From an uncultured Candidatus Peribacteria bacterium (GTDB lineage: Bacteria; Patescibacteriota; Gracilibacteria; UBA1369), in the NCBI GenBank assembly GCA_964424075.1, contig CAYRGY010000005.1:48424-112423 (forward strand): DNA of 64,000 nucleotides. The letters run 5' to 3'. This document shows positions 38,301-53,300 of this stretch, one piece after another (positions within the stretch are counted from its first letter, which is position 1; each line of letters opens with the position of its first letter). Below the pieces are notes generated by a model that was not told where the DNA came from, made no database searches, and worked only from the letters and a program-made list of their open reading frames with translations. The position numbers were made by a program, and so were the translations under genes.

Positions 38301-41300
38301 CAATCTCAAACCCAATCAGTTAACAAATTATTTAATTGAAGTAGCCCAAACCTTCAACACTTTCTATCAGTCTGTCCAAGTCCTCCGCACCCAAAAAGAA
38401 AACCTTCGCCATTCCCGCCTTCAACTGGTCGAAGCCACCGCTCAAATCCTCAAAAACGGCCTAAACATGATAGGTATTTCCACCTTTGAGCGAATGTAAC
38501 AATTAATCAGAATTAATAGGTATCTGCGGACCTTGAAGCGGTAGTCCGATGATTTTAGCATTGCGGTTTTTTAAGTCAAATACATCCGGATATGCACCCG
38601 CACCTTCCACGAAATAATAACTTACATCCTCAAAATTAAAATCCTCACTACCTAAATTTCTAACTTGAGAATAATTTCCCGGCTCACTGCCGTCATAGCC
38701 ACTGGAATCTACATAAGAAGAATTGCCATATACAATTGAAGCTGAGTTCAAATCAATCGTTTCTTCCAAATAAGTTTTGATTGATCCGGCTTTTGCATCT
38801 AAAGCCACATCGGCAGTTACTGCGAAAACATAAGGTGAATTAAATGGGAAGCCATCAAGATAGACATCATCAATCGAAGATGGCTCAAATTCAAATCTAT
38901 TGCTACCAACACTAGTACCTTCGTCCAACACTTTATTATTCCAGACACTGACAAGTTTAAACTCACTCAAATCAGTCAGATCGAATGTCCCCTCCATTTT
39001 CAAAACTATATTAACAAAAGTTTGCTCTTCTTTAATATTAACAGCTAATTCAAATTGAGCAATCACCGCGTCATCCGCCCCGGCTACAATATCATTGAGT
39101 ATTCCATTAGCATTAATCTCAACGCTTCCGGTTTCAGCTCCGACAATCAACAATTCACTGCCCTTAACCGGAAAGCCTTCTCTAATACTTATTGGCTCAC
39201 TGGTATGAATATCGGCAGAGCTACTTATCTCAAATTGATGAATACTCCCTTGTTCAGCGGTTTTCGATAAACTTCCTATTAAGCAATACCGATTAATTGT
39301 GCCAGAGTCTAAATAAAAACCACGATTGGCAAAAGTCACTTGATTACTTACAGGATCAATTTGATGAGCCTCAGTTAACCTAACGCCATTATGTGACAAG
39401 TATAAACTCTCAAAATCACTAGGTTTACCGTAACCTTTTCTGGTAAACACCAAATCATTGATCACAACCGCCTGATCATTAGTTACAAAATCAAAACAAC
39501 CCGGGACAATAAGACTGGCATATCTGGGAACTGAAGATGACTGTTGATAATAAGGATCGATTTTTACCAGCAAATCAGCTTGTATCTCCTCAATACCACC
39601 TTCACCACCAGCCCCGGCTTGTTCAAAACCGCCATTTCCCGCTACACCGCCTTGCTCAATTCCAGCGCTACCGGTTTGTTCCACTCCGCCGGTTCCTCCT
39701 CCTGTTCCACCAGTCATCACCGGTAGCTCACCTCCTGTTGGGACATACACCCCTTGAATATCCGCACTAGTTTTACCTCCGCAGGCATTGAGTGCACCAG
39801 CTAGACCCAAAACCAGCCCGGCTTGCTTCAGGTTTTCTGTGAATTCAAAATTCTCTCCAAGTTTCATATTATGCTATTAGAAGGAAACTATTAAACCACC
39901 ACAAGCAAGAAAAGTCAATGACTAGCGTTTACTAATTATTTCCTTCAATTTATAAACATAAATTGTCGAGAAAGAGCAGATGATTGCTGAGGCGAGAATG
40001 CTGGCCCAACCTCCGCCCAGGCCGTAGCCGTAATACATTCCACCGGGAATTATACCCATCGGCCTTAACAGGCTGCTTAAGAGTATAGTCAATATCCACC
40101 ATGCTACCCCACTGATAACTCCCATAAACACTAAATTGGCAAAAATTGACCAGATTAACTCATCAGCTTTTTTGATACTTTCTTTAAGCGCTTCTTCCAC
40201 ATTGGGTTTCTCCGCAGAGAAGAAAATATACAACGCCATCACTGTTTCCATCAATTTGCGGAAAAATACAATTATATAGATAACAATTGCGATTGGCATT
40301 AAGGCTAGAAGCACCGGGAATACCAGAGAAAGTGCGGCATAAACCAGAAACATCCAAGCCCCGTTATATTTAATTATTTCCACCACCAGCTTTAATCCAT
40401 CGATGTAATACTTTCTCACAAAGTCTAAAGCTTTTTGTATATTGATCTTTTTTCCGTTTTCAGACCAATCGGTTACTTTGACCAACATTCCAAAACCGAA
40501 CAAATATATTGCCATCGAAATCAAGGCCACAATTAATAATCCTATACCCAAAGCTATTGGATTCCCATTGGCAATGGCATCAACCATTGGCGGATAGGCA
40601 TAAATTCCTAACAGTCCAACAATTAAATATTGAACCAACGGAATGACGATAAAATAGAGAGGGTTGGTGATAAATAAGTCCCCGGTTTTAGCTAAAACAT
40701 CAGTAACTTTAATCTTCTGCATTTTCTTCATCACTTTGGAAACTGTTTCTTTTTGCTTTGTCATTTTTGTGTAAATTAAAAAATCACTCTCATTATAGGT
40801 GATTTCCCCAAAAATCCAAGTTAGACTTATTATGCACCCTGCTGCTGTTCACGCTCCTGTTCTTCAGCCGATTCCTCATAATCCTCAACTAACTCCAGAT
40901 CAGGGATTTCAGCAATACGCATCTTGTCCGGGGCTACTCGCAATCTGGCTTGAGTGCTTCGCTCAGTTTGCATTTCCTTAATGGCGTTTTCCAAGTCAGC
41001 ATAAGATTGAATAGCTTTGGCATTATGCGCTAAATCATCGATTTGTTCTGGACTTAATTCATCTGCCACCTGTTTAACTAACGGCCACAAAACTTCAAAA
41101 TATTCTCTTCTTTTATAAATATGTTTCAGCTTTAGTAGTAAGGCAATTGCTCTAGGTTGACCGGTTTGGGCAATTTCGATTATTGCTTTCCACAGTTCTC
41201 CTTTCGCATTTCCAAGATCTAAACTCATTGCTTCAATATTCTCCAAATATCCGTTAAAAGCTAAGAAAATTGCTTCCAATTGGACTGCATTCAACTCATC

Positions 41301-44300
41301 CAACATCGGCATTAATTGCTCAAAATCATCATGTTTGCTGATAATTCCCAAATACAATGCAGCAGCTGCCTTCAATGGATTATCTTTGAAACTCTCTAAG
41401 CGCTTTAGAAAAACGCTCCCTTTTTTACTTTTTTTCCACAGATTCACGAACATCTCGCCTACATGATAGCTCTTGAGACGATGATTTGATTGCTTGACCA
41501 TCTCCGCAATCAGGCTATTTACTTCAGGAACACTTTCAATCGGAATTTCCTTCATCACTCCCGGATGGTGTTTTAATTCCCACAACTTAGATTTCTCCAT
41601 CAATCGATCCGCGAATGCTGCCGGACGCTCTTCTTCTTGCCCCAGTACAGCAACTGAGTCCCGATCAAATCCCTGCTGCAATCCCTGCTCAAAACGATTC
41701 AGCGTAGTATCAAGTAGTTCTTCCATCAATTCAGCAGAAACAAGCGACGATTGAACACCCGGCTCCAACTGCTCTAATAGCTCTTCAACAATTTGTTGCT
41801 TGGTCTGACCCTCAGAAGCATACTTGCCGAGATACATTTCAATAATTTTTCCGATTCTACCCAATGAACCAACCACAACTTCATACTTAGCCGCATCAGG
41901 CAAAAACACTTCATCCCGATTCGATTCTGATCTGCTGGAAGCCGCCTCTCTGATTTTATCCAGTAGCTTTTTCATAACATCATCATCCACTGCTCTTCTT
42001 GCTTTCGCAGCAATCAAAGCAATTTTATCAATCTCAGCTTTGATATAATTATCTAATTCTAAATCCTCTTTTGAACTAAAATCCATTGCATCAAGCAGAG
42101 GAATATCATTAATAGCTGCCACGATTTTTTTAATCAGGCTTTTTACATTTTTGCGCTCCCTTTTTAGAAACTTTGCTCTGTCAACATCGCCAATAACCAC
42201 CGCTTTTTTCAGATCACTAGCGACTGCTAACTGCTCAGCATCCTCAACTGGATCATGTAAATTCATATTCATATATACTGTTTACCTCAAATTATTATAG
42301 CACAAAATACTTTTTGATAAAACAGTAGAAATTTGGAGGCGGCACCCGGATTCGAACCGGGGAATGACGGTTTTGCAAACCGTTGCCTTAGCCACTTGGC
42401 GATGCCGCCCAGCAAATTAACACGCCTTCAACTTTTAGCATTTATTGCTTGTTCTCGCAACAACAAATCAATTCCTTCAACATTGTCTTTATCTCCTAAT
42501 TGTTAATTTTATAAAAATCTGCTATTATATTTCGATATTCTTAAAATATAATCAATGGTTACCAATAATAGTCCTGAAGCTACTACTTTAGTAGACAGTC
42601 CCGATTTTGGCTTGGAAGCTGAAATGACCTTGTCTCCGGAAATTCAGGCAATTAAAGATGAAATCACCGAACTTATCAAGAAATATTCGCAAGATACTGA
42701 ATCTCCTCGTCTAACTGAGGTGACTCTTGATACACTAAGGGAAAAGCTGGTCGGTTCAGAATTTTTACTAAAACCAATCCAAGATTTAGTTAATGAATTG
42801 TCACCTGGCAAACGTGCATTAATTCTTGATGCGCTGTTTAAACATAGCAACAAAATCACCAAACAAAGTACAATTCATACTTTTGAACAACTTGCTCTCG
42901 ATATTGATGATGTAGGCCTCAAGCGGGTATTAGATTTTTTTGCTGATCAGCAAGAAGATATCTTTAACTCATTCGGCTATATGCTTAGTCATATGCCTGA
43001 TGAAATTCGCAACAAATTCATTGATCAAATCGATCTTGTTAACAAAGACCAAGCGGCTCTGGAGGAGTTACAGGGTAGGTTTAATCGACTATTCAGCCTA
43101 ATAAGTAAAATGGATGAAACAAAGCAACAGGAAGCACATAACCAAATTGCTGAACTTATTCATCCTCAATCAGATATTGTTGATTTGGCAGCCGGACTTA
43201 AAGAATTAATCGCAAAACTCTCCTAACTTTAAAATCTATCTAGAGGTACACCCAGTTGATCAGCTACATCAAAAGCTATTCTCCTGAGTAATGGAATCTC
43301 TTTAAATCTTTGCCGTAATTCATCAATCATCATTCTATCCTGAGAGGCTAAAATACTACGAATCACAATTGAGGCGCGATTCTCATTTAAGAATCCTACT
43401 TCTTCATATTTATCACAAAGCCTGGCCAATTGCCTGATGACCAGTTTATGCCTGATTTCTTTCATCAATTGATCAGAATTTTTTTCTTTAATATTTTCAT
43501 TTAATTCATTCATTGCTGAAACAAAAGGTGAAACAGCTTTGGAGTTATTAGATAAGTTTCTTTCCACAGATCTTTCCTCAGCTTTCATTTCTTCCCTGGA
43601 AAGGTAATCCAATTTAAATTGTCCATCTCTCAAATCAAGCAGACGCGTATTATTGCCATCTACATAGCAAAGATCACCAACTGTGTTTAAAGCCAGTTTA
43701 TACTTTGCCTCAGTCTTAGTGTTTATCACAAACATGGCCACACCTCTTTTCAGCAGGCTTTCTATGGCAAAAAAATTCAGAGTAGTCTGCCTGTCTGTAT
43801 CGGGAACTTTATCTATAAAATACTTTTCCATAATATAATAACTAAATCCTCAGTTCTTAGGGAATCTGTGATTATTATATCCAAGTACCTATTCACTTTC
43901 AATTGATAGTACAACCTAGTCGATTTATGGCGGAGAGAGAGGGATTCGAACCCTCGCGCCGGGAAATCCCGACCTACAGGATTAGCAATCCCGCCCCTTC
44001 AGCCTCTTGGGTATCTCTCCACTAGTGTGCCAATTCTAATATGCACCTCAGCAAAAATCAAACTTTAATCAAAGCACTTATAAGGCCATAAATTTGACAA
44101 GCCCACAAAAACATTGACAAGAAAGAAGAGCTCTGTTGTAATATGCACCTTCAAGTAGTGTTATATAAAGTAAATAATTAATTAAATGAACGCTAAAAAA
44201 ACTATCGTCAGGACAACACAAGAACCAATTGACGAGCGGGCTGAAACCATTATTAGTGAGCCACCTCCGGCTTCTAAGACCAAATTGCGCAGTGATCATC

Positions 44301-47300
44301 AAGAAAGTTCGAAAGCTGAAAGTGAACATGTGCAAGCTACAGTCACAACAACTGTGGGCAATATAATGCTGGGATGCGCTACTTTGGGCATTGCCATTGG
44401 CACTTCATTTGCCGGAGTTACCGCACTGGCCAATCGAGGTTGCACTTCAACTGAAGATAAAGCGTCTACTCAGGTTCCTGCACCTTCATCACAAACATCA
44501 CTGGAATCAAAATCCGAGTCTTCTCAAGTTGTTCATCAAATGCCGGCTAAAAAGGAAGGTGAAATATTTCGGGAAATATTAATGGTTAAACCATGGCAGC
44601 TTATGCATAATGGCCATCTATTTAATGCGCCAGAAGCTAATTATGTAATTATTGCCACTGAAACCAATAATGAGCAGGATCAAAAGAACATTACCTATCC
44701 TCAAAACAGCTTCAAACCAATAACCAGCTTTCCCCTTGAAGACCCTGATCATCCTCATGTGACTATTCATATTTTTACCCGCTGTCAAAAAGGTCAAACA
44801 CCGCAAGCCGTTATTGAGAATACAAAGGCCGTTCTTTCTGTTTACTATGAGCCGCCTGGCAATAAGGTTCTGTCCCAGTATACTGCCAAAGTCGGACTTT
44901 GCCCCCATTCAAATGAGCGCAATCATCGACTTGAGCCGCACGAACTGGAAAGCATCATCAAAAGAAGCATACTTCAGGTAGACTTATCTCCTATAACTCA
45001 TCTCAAAAGAAATAATGGCTTTATTCACATGAGAGCAGTCGCAGCAGGTATTAAGGTTAGACCTAATCAACCACGCGACTGACTAGAGCCTTAATTTCAT
45101 CAGTTCCCAACGGATCAAGCATCACTAAATCTCCATGTCGAGTCCTCTCATTTAGTGGGCTCATTAAAACATTAATAGACTCCAGTGCTTTTTCCTCGAT
45201 TATCGTCCGCAACTCATCAACTGAATAACAAATTGAACTTAAGTTTCTTTTACCCAAAGCATCCAGACCTTCTCTCATCGATAAAATGCAATACATTCGC
45301 TTCCCCTTATTAGTTCTGTTAACCCTTGTTTGACTTTGTTCATCCAAAACCTGTTGCCCCATGCGTATACTTTTTGCATTGCTGGAAGCGACCGCTTCAT
45401 CGTAATTAACAATTTTATTAATTCTACAATCTTCAATTTTATACCTATAACCTGTCTGGGCTGGATCTAAAAGCGGGTCTGCTTTTGACCGCAAATACAT
45501 CGCACAAACCAGTGAGTCATTATCGGCAAACTCAAAGTCAAGCTCACCATTTTCAGAACGCATATTTAGTTTTTCTACAATCATGGGTTAAACTGTTAAT
45601 TTATATCTTCTATGCATCACCAAGAAGCATCAAGGCGGCATATTAGCCAGCGGCAATTGGTTGTGTATCATTTGTTCTTCAGCCGTGACGAACAAAAAAT
45701 GGCGACGAACAAAAAATGGCGGAGAGAGAGGGATTCGAACCCCCGAGGAGCTTGCGCCCCTAACGGTTTTCAAGACCGCCGCTTTCGACCACTCAGCCAT
45801 CTCTCCAAATAGGCCTGCCGTTAACCCTAAAGTGGCGACAGTCTAAGCTAATTCCAGATTTACATCAAGTTGAAATCTATTTCAAGAGAATTTTAGCTTT
45901 TATTAAACATTTTTTTATTTAAATCTTAGAAAAAATTAAAAAACAAAAGGCAGAATACGTCCAGCATATAACCAAAATAATATGAACTTTGAAAGACTGA
46001 TTAGGCACCCATCTACAACTGTTCAATTGAAAGATTTAAGAATCTTTCCGGACAGTCTGGAAATTGAAACTGAGCCCGGTCGCAGAATCAAACTGCGCAA
46101 AAAGGAGTTTCAGCTTTTGTATTTTCTCATCAACAATCCCAATAAAGTCATCAACAAGCATGCTCTACTGGAATTAATTTGGAACTATGATTTGTATACC
46201 CAAACCAACACACTCGAGGTGCATATGAGTAATTTGCGCAAAAAATTACATTCATTAGTGGAACATCCCATGATTCAAACTGTGCATGGAGCCGGCTATC
46301 GACTAGTGCTTGCTGGCTAGAGATTTTGCAAATAATCTATAGCTGCGTCCAACTGAGGATCATTTCCATTCTCATAATCCTCATCGGTAAACATTACTTC
46401 CTGGTCAGGTTCAACACCGACTTCATCAATATTACGTCCGTTTGGAGTAAACCAACGAGCAATTGTAAATCTAATGCTGGAGCCATCTGCCAATGGATCA
46501 ACTTCCTGAACAGTGCCCTTACCGAATGTAGTTTCACCCAGTACCACACCTCGCTTTAAATCTTGCACTGCAGCAGCCACAATTTCAGCAGCAGAAGCAG
46601 AACCACGATTAACCAGCACGACTAGAGGAACATCCGGTAATTGCCCATTACCAGTAGTTAGAAAGACCTCATCTTTTTCGTTGTCACGGTATTCAATCCT
46701 CACAATTTCTTGTTTATTGCGCATAAATGCAGACACAATGTCCACAGATCCGGTCAAATATCCTCCGCCATTAAATCTTAAATCCAGAATTAAACCTGAA
46801 GGCTCTTCCAAACTGATTTCGTTTACGATTCGATTGAATTCCTGTTTGGTATCATCACTAAATTGATTTACTGTAATTTGCCAAATATCCTCCGCTACCT
46901 CTTCTTTACTAACACTTTCCACAGTAATTTTGCCTCTTTCTATAGTGACATCGAATGGATTCTCGATGCCTTCTCTGATGATGGTTAGCACCACCTCCGT
47001 TCCCTCTTCACCCCTGATTGAGTGTATTGCATCAAATAAAGTCATTTCGGATGCAACTTCCCCATCAATTTTGAATATTTTATCATCCGGTAGCAAGCCT
47101 GCCTGTTGGGCAGGGGAGTCTTTCAAGGGAGAAACAACTACTAAAAATTGATCACGAACAGTAAGTTCGGCCCCGATTCCTTCCAATTCACCATTCAAGC
47201 TTTGATTGAATTCTGCAGTTTCCTCCGGAGTCATATAGACTGTATATGGATCCTCTAGAGCATCAGTCATTCCTTTTATCGAGCCATAGACCAAATCCTG

Positions 47301-50300
47301 ATCTACTAAATCTCCTTCATCAATATAGTTATCCTTCAAAATGTCCCGCACTTTCCAGAACATGGTCAAATCCATTTCCGCTTCTTCAGCCTGACCGCTC
47401 AAAATATTGACTGAATTGCTAGTACCAACCGCTTGATTACCAAAGCTGGTGATAAAACTTCCCACACCCCATCCCAATGAAAATACGATCAAAAAAATTG
47501 TGAAATAACTTAATACTCTTGCTCCTTTAGTCATATTAATTTGTTAATTTAGCTATGCGCTTAATACTTTTAGCATGTCCTGACTTAAGATCAACCTCAA
47601 TTAAAGTGCCGTTCAACATTGCCTGTCCCCCTGCTATCTGATGTTTCACCGGCATTTGAGTCAGAAACTGTTTAATAATATCTGCTTTTTCCAGTCCGAT
47701 AATTGAATGAGCCGGCCCACAAAAGCCTACATCAGCCTGAAAAGCAGTTCCGTTTTCCAGAATTCTCTCATCTGCGGTAGCAATATGGGTATGAGTACCC
47801 AAAACCGCTGACACTCTACCATCAAGATAATTAGCCATGGCAACCTTTTCCGAACCGGCTTCAGCATGAAAATCTACAATAATACTTACATAGTCACGTC
47901 CCAAAACTTTGTCTTTCAACAATTTATCAATAGCTCGAAATGGACAATCCAAATGACTTGGCATAAACACTCTCCCCATCAGATTTACAATCAGAACCTT
48001 ACCCGCACCGATTTCAATTTCACCAAATCCTCGCCCCGGAACACCTTGAGGATAGTTTAGAGGTCTAATCAGAGGATAGTCAGGCTTATCCAAATATTCA
48101 CATATTTCAGCTACTTTCCAAATATGATTGCCAGAAGTACCGAAATCAATGCCTGCCTCTAACAATTCCTGAAATTTGGCATCACTAACTCCTTTACCAT
48201 GATGAGAATTTTCAACGTTAGCGATAACCAAATCTGCATCATTGCGCAGCTCAGGCAATAGCTCTTTTACAGCCCTTCTTCCGGGTTTCCCAAAAATGTC
48301 TCCTAAAAATAATATTTTCATACCGGCCAATTATAACAGCAATCTCACAAAAATTAAGAGGCAATAATAGCACCTAAAGTCAATCAGTCAACTATAAGTG
48401 ATTCATAAATCGGACGTACCCGAGTTATAACTTTTGTATCATAACCTATTCACATGAATTCAAAACTTTTATTCAAAGTGATTGCATTTACAGCGGCACT
48501 GACAATTTTGTCATCTCAGCTAGCTTTCGCTATGACCACCGAAGTATCGGAACCGGTTACGGCGGAAGACGCTGGAATAACTCTAATTTCAATTATGTCC
48601 AAGGGGCAAATCACTCTGAGCTGGGATGTTGCAAAACCCGAAAACTTGGTATCCGGTTTCAAAATTGCTTACGGTACAGAAGAAATCGAACCGACTTATC
48701 CGTCTGATCTGTCCGACTATGTCTACCTGTCTGACAATGAAGTGCGCAGTTATGCTTTAGCTGGTTTAAAACTTGATTCAACTTATTATTTCCGCGTCTG
48801 CCAATATAATGGAGCGGGCGAATGTCTCTATTATAGTAATGCAATTTCACTGCAAACCCCCGAAAAAGTGGTCACTACAGAAAAAAAGGAGACTACCAAA
48901 TCCGAAACGCTGCAAATGGAAGATTTTTATTTTGAAGACACTATCGGTCATTGGTCCAAGGATTACGCCAAGAACTTGAAATATAAATGTGAAATTGAAG
49001 GATATAAAGATGCAAATGGAAATCTGCTCAGTGAATTCCGTCCTGATTCTCCGATCACTCGTGCCGAGTTGGCCAAAATGTTGGTTCAATGTGCTGCCGA
49101 AGAAATGACTGGCGATAATCCTTTCAACGATGTTGAATCTGATACATGGTACACAGGTGCAGTTATCACAGCTAAGCAAAAAGGCTGGGTAGATGGCTAT
49201 CCCGATGGGACTTTCAAACCTAATAATAATATAAATCGAGCCGAAGCACTTAAGATGATTGTGCTTATCAAGTATACTGACATAACTGGCGACACTATGG
49301 AGTTTTCCGATGTCGACCCTGGTGCTTGGTACTATGACTATGTAGTTTTCGCAGTCAAGAAAGGCATTGTCAGCGGTTACAATGATGGCTCCTTCAAACC
49401 CGCAGAAGATATTACCCGCGGTGAAGCAGCTAAAATTATCTCCAAAGTAATGGGGTACTAATACACACATTGTAAATCAAAAAGCCCTCTCTGTGTAGCG
49501 AGGGCTTTTTTCAAAGCTTGTAACTACTGCACTAGCATGGCAAACTTCAAGCATGAGAATAAATAAATATTTAGCAGAATCTGGTTTATGTTCCAGACGA
49601 CAGGCTGACAAGTTGATAGCTGAAGGTGCGGTGACTATTGACGGTAAAAAGGCCGGTTTGGGTGATCAAGTCTTACCGGGACAGCAAGTGCTCTGCAATG
49701 GAAAAAAAGCTGTTCTGAGTCAAAACAACAAGATTTACATAGCTTTTAATAAACCATACGGCGTAATTACCACCACTGCCAGAGATGTCGAAAACACAGT
49801 TATGGACTATTTTAAGCTCAAAGATAGGATTTTCCCTATTGGCCGTCTCGATGTTAAATCTACCGGACTGCTAATGTTAACCAATGACGGTGACATAGTT
49901 AATCAGCTCTCCAAAGCTCAAAACAAAGTAGAAAAGGAATATCTTGTGGTAGTGGACAAACAAATCACTCCTGAATTTTTAGACAATTTAGCTCAAGGCG
50001 TTGATTTGGAAGAAGGCACAACCTTGCCGGCTCATGTAGTTAAAAACGGCCCAAAAGGCTTCAAAATAACTTTAATACAAGGTTGGAATAAGCAAATTCG
50101 CCGCATGTGTGAAAAGTACGGTTATCAGGTTATCAGCTTGAGACGTCTTCGTTTCGGTAAATTAGAGCTCGGCGATTTAGAGCCTGGAAAGTGGAAATAT
50201 GTAGAACTTGCCGATATTATTTAGGCATTTTTTATTTCCCCTTCACCTCACTCTGTTTTAATCAAAGCACAAAAACATTCAATGTACAGTCCATAGTCTT

Positions 50301-53300
50301 GACGGTGAGGAAATGCTCACCTAATATTATCAACGTAAACTTAACAACAAAAATATGACCGTAAATACAGAGAAACAGAAGGCAGTCGAATTGGCTTTAT
50401 CACAAATTGAACGATCTTTTGGTAAAGGTGCCATTATGAAAATGGGAGAACACCAAAAAATGCAGGTGGAAACTTTCCCTACCGGATCACTATCTCTCGA
50501 CATTGCTCTCGGAGGCGGAATACCCAAGGGCCGCATTATCGAGGTTTATGGGCCGGAAAGCTCCGGTAAAACTACCTTAACACTGCACATGATATCCGAA
50601 GTGCAAAAGGCTGGTGGAATGGCTGGATTTATTGATGCTGAACATGCCCTAGACCCTGAATATTCGCGACGCATCGGAGTCGATTTGGATAATTTACTTA
50701 TCTCTCAGCCTGATAGCGGTGAGCAGGCTCTGGAAATAACCGAAACTCTCGTGCGCTCCAATGCGCTGGACGTAATTGTAATCGATTCCGTGGCCGCTTT
50801 GACTCCCCGTGCAGAAATTGATGGAGAAATGGGAGATGCGCATATGGGATTACAAGCACGTCTAATGAGTCAAGCTCTGCGTAAGTTAACTGCAGCTATC
50901 AGTAAATCAAAGACCACAGTCATTTTCATCAATCAGTTACGTATGAAATTGGGCGTAATGTTCGGTAATCCCGAAACCACCACTGGCGGAAATGCGCTTA
51001 AGTTCTACTCCACAGTGCGTATTGAAATTCGTAGCATCGGCAAGCTGGAAGAAGGCGCCGGAGACGAAAAGAAATATACCGGGCATCGAGTTCGCACTAA
51101 AATCGTCAAAAACAAGGTAGCTCCTCCTTTCAGAACAGCTGAATTCGACATACTTTATAATAAAGGTATCTGTCGGACTGGGGATTTATTGGATTTAGCT
51201 GTTAAATACGAAATCGTTAAGAAAGCAGGAGCTTTTTACAGCTATGGCCAAACCAAGCTTGGTCAGGGGCGTGATAACACCAGAATTTTCTTGAACTCCA
51301 AGGATAATCAAAAAATTACCAAGAAAATTGAGGCTGAAGTGTTGGAAGTTATCAAAAAAGCTAAAGATTTGGAACTTAAACAGGTATAATCTTGAACAAA
51401 AGTCAGAAAAAACTTCTGCACTATGCTTATGATCTCTTGGCCAGAAGACGCTATACAATCAAAGGATTGCATACGCGTCTTGCAGCCAAGAATACACGAC
51501 TCAGAGCTGCTTGCTCCGAGCAGGAAATAGAGCACATCATCACTAGTCTCAAGCAAGCAAATTTTCTTAATGACAAGGATTACGCAGAAGCTTACATCAG
51601 CACGGAACTAGCTCGCAAGCCGCAAGGATCGTTGCGATTGCGTCATAAACTGCTACAAAAGGGAGTGAATAATCAACTCATCCAAGAAGTTTTGGCAGAG
51701 CAAGCTATCGACGAGTTGGAAGCAGCTAGAGTAGCCAGCTTGAATAAACTGCGTACAATGCGAATCGGAAAATTGGATAATCACAAGCTTGAGGAAAAAC
51801 TTTTCAGATTCTTGATTGGCAGGGGATTCAAGCTCAATACTGTCTATCAAGTCGTTAAGCAAAAGCTTTACAAAAATTGATCTTTGCTGTAAATTCTTTA
51901 TCGTAGAAACAGGATCAATAAAAACGATCCTGCATTTATTGTGAACCAAAAATAACCTAAACAACATGCAATCACAATTTATCGCCGCTATTAATCAGCT
52001 TTGTGATGAGAAGAACATCCCAAAAGATCAAGTTTTGGATATTATCAAGGCTGCTCTACGTGCCGCCTACCGAAAAGATTATGGGAATAAGGATCAGGTG
52101 ATTGAAGTGGAAATGGACGATCAAGAGGATATGGCAACGATTTATTTAATCAAAGAAATTGTTAAAAAAGTTGAGAATCCGGATGCGGAAATAGCTGTAA
52201 AGGAAGCCACTCGCTACCAAAAGGACGCTAAAATCGGAGGACAAATTAAAATTGATGTGACACCCATGGAATATGGTCGCATTGCTGCGCAATCTGCCAA
52301 GCAAGTTATTATCCAGAAAATTCAGGAGGCAGAGCGCGAAGTTATGTATGAAAACTTTAAGGATCGTGAAAATGAACTTATTAATGCATTGGTACAAAGA
52401 GTTGATATGGGTACTGTCCACGTCAATCTCGACAACAAATTGACTACTATTCTTACTTCTGATCAGCAGATACCTAAAGAGAGGTATTACGCCGGTCAAC
52501 GAATCAAGCTCTATTTGGATAAAGTGACTAGAACCAGTAAGGGGCCACAATTAAATATTTCTCGCCGTCATCCTCAACTTGTAGTAAAACTGATGGAATT
52601 GGAAATACCGGAAATTAAATCTGAACTGGTTGAAATCCAGTCAATTGCCCGAGAACCAGGAGTCAGATCCAAAGTAGCTGTTACATCCAATGATCCCAAA
52701 ATTGATCCAATCGGGTCTTGTGTCGGTCAAAAGGGAGTGCGTGTCCAAAATGTAATGGACGAGTTGAATGGTGAAAGGATTGACGTTATTCCTTGGTCCG
52801 AAGATATTGATGAATATATTAAAGCGGCTCTGCAACCAGCAAAAGTTGCTGCATTGGAAATTAAAGAAGAGCAGAAGCGAGCTATCGTATATGTAAATCC
52901 TGATCAAAGACCTCTGGCAATTGGTAAAAACGGTCAAAATGTCCGTTTAGCCTCTAATCTAACCGGATATGAGCTGGACGTTCTGGATATCGCCGATATG
53001 AAGAAAGGTGAAGAGGGTGATGAGAAAGAGAAGATTGAAGATATTGCCTCATTGGAGGGCTTGGACAAGAAAATCATCAAGAAGCTGGAAAAGGCCAATA
53101 TCACCAAGGTGGCACAATTACATGGTCTATCCACAGCCGACATCTCTGAAATCGAAGGAATTACTGAGAAGGATGCCGTTGCCATTGCTGAGCAAGTGTT
53201 GGCACACGAGTAAAATCACTACAAATGGTAAAAGCCCCCTTAGAGGGGCTTTTTTGATGTATTTGCTCTGTTTTTGTGCTATACTTGTATGAATAACTAT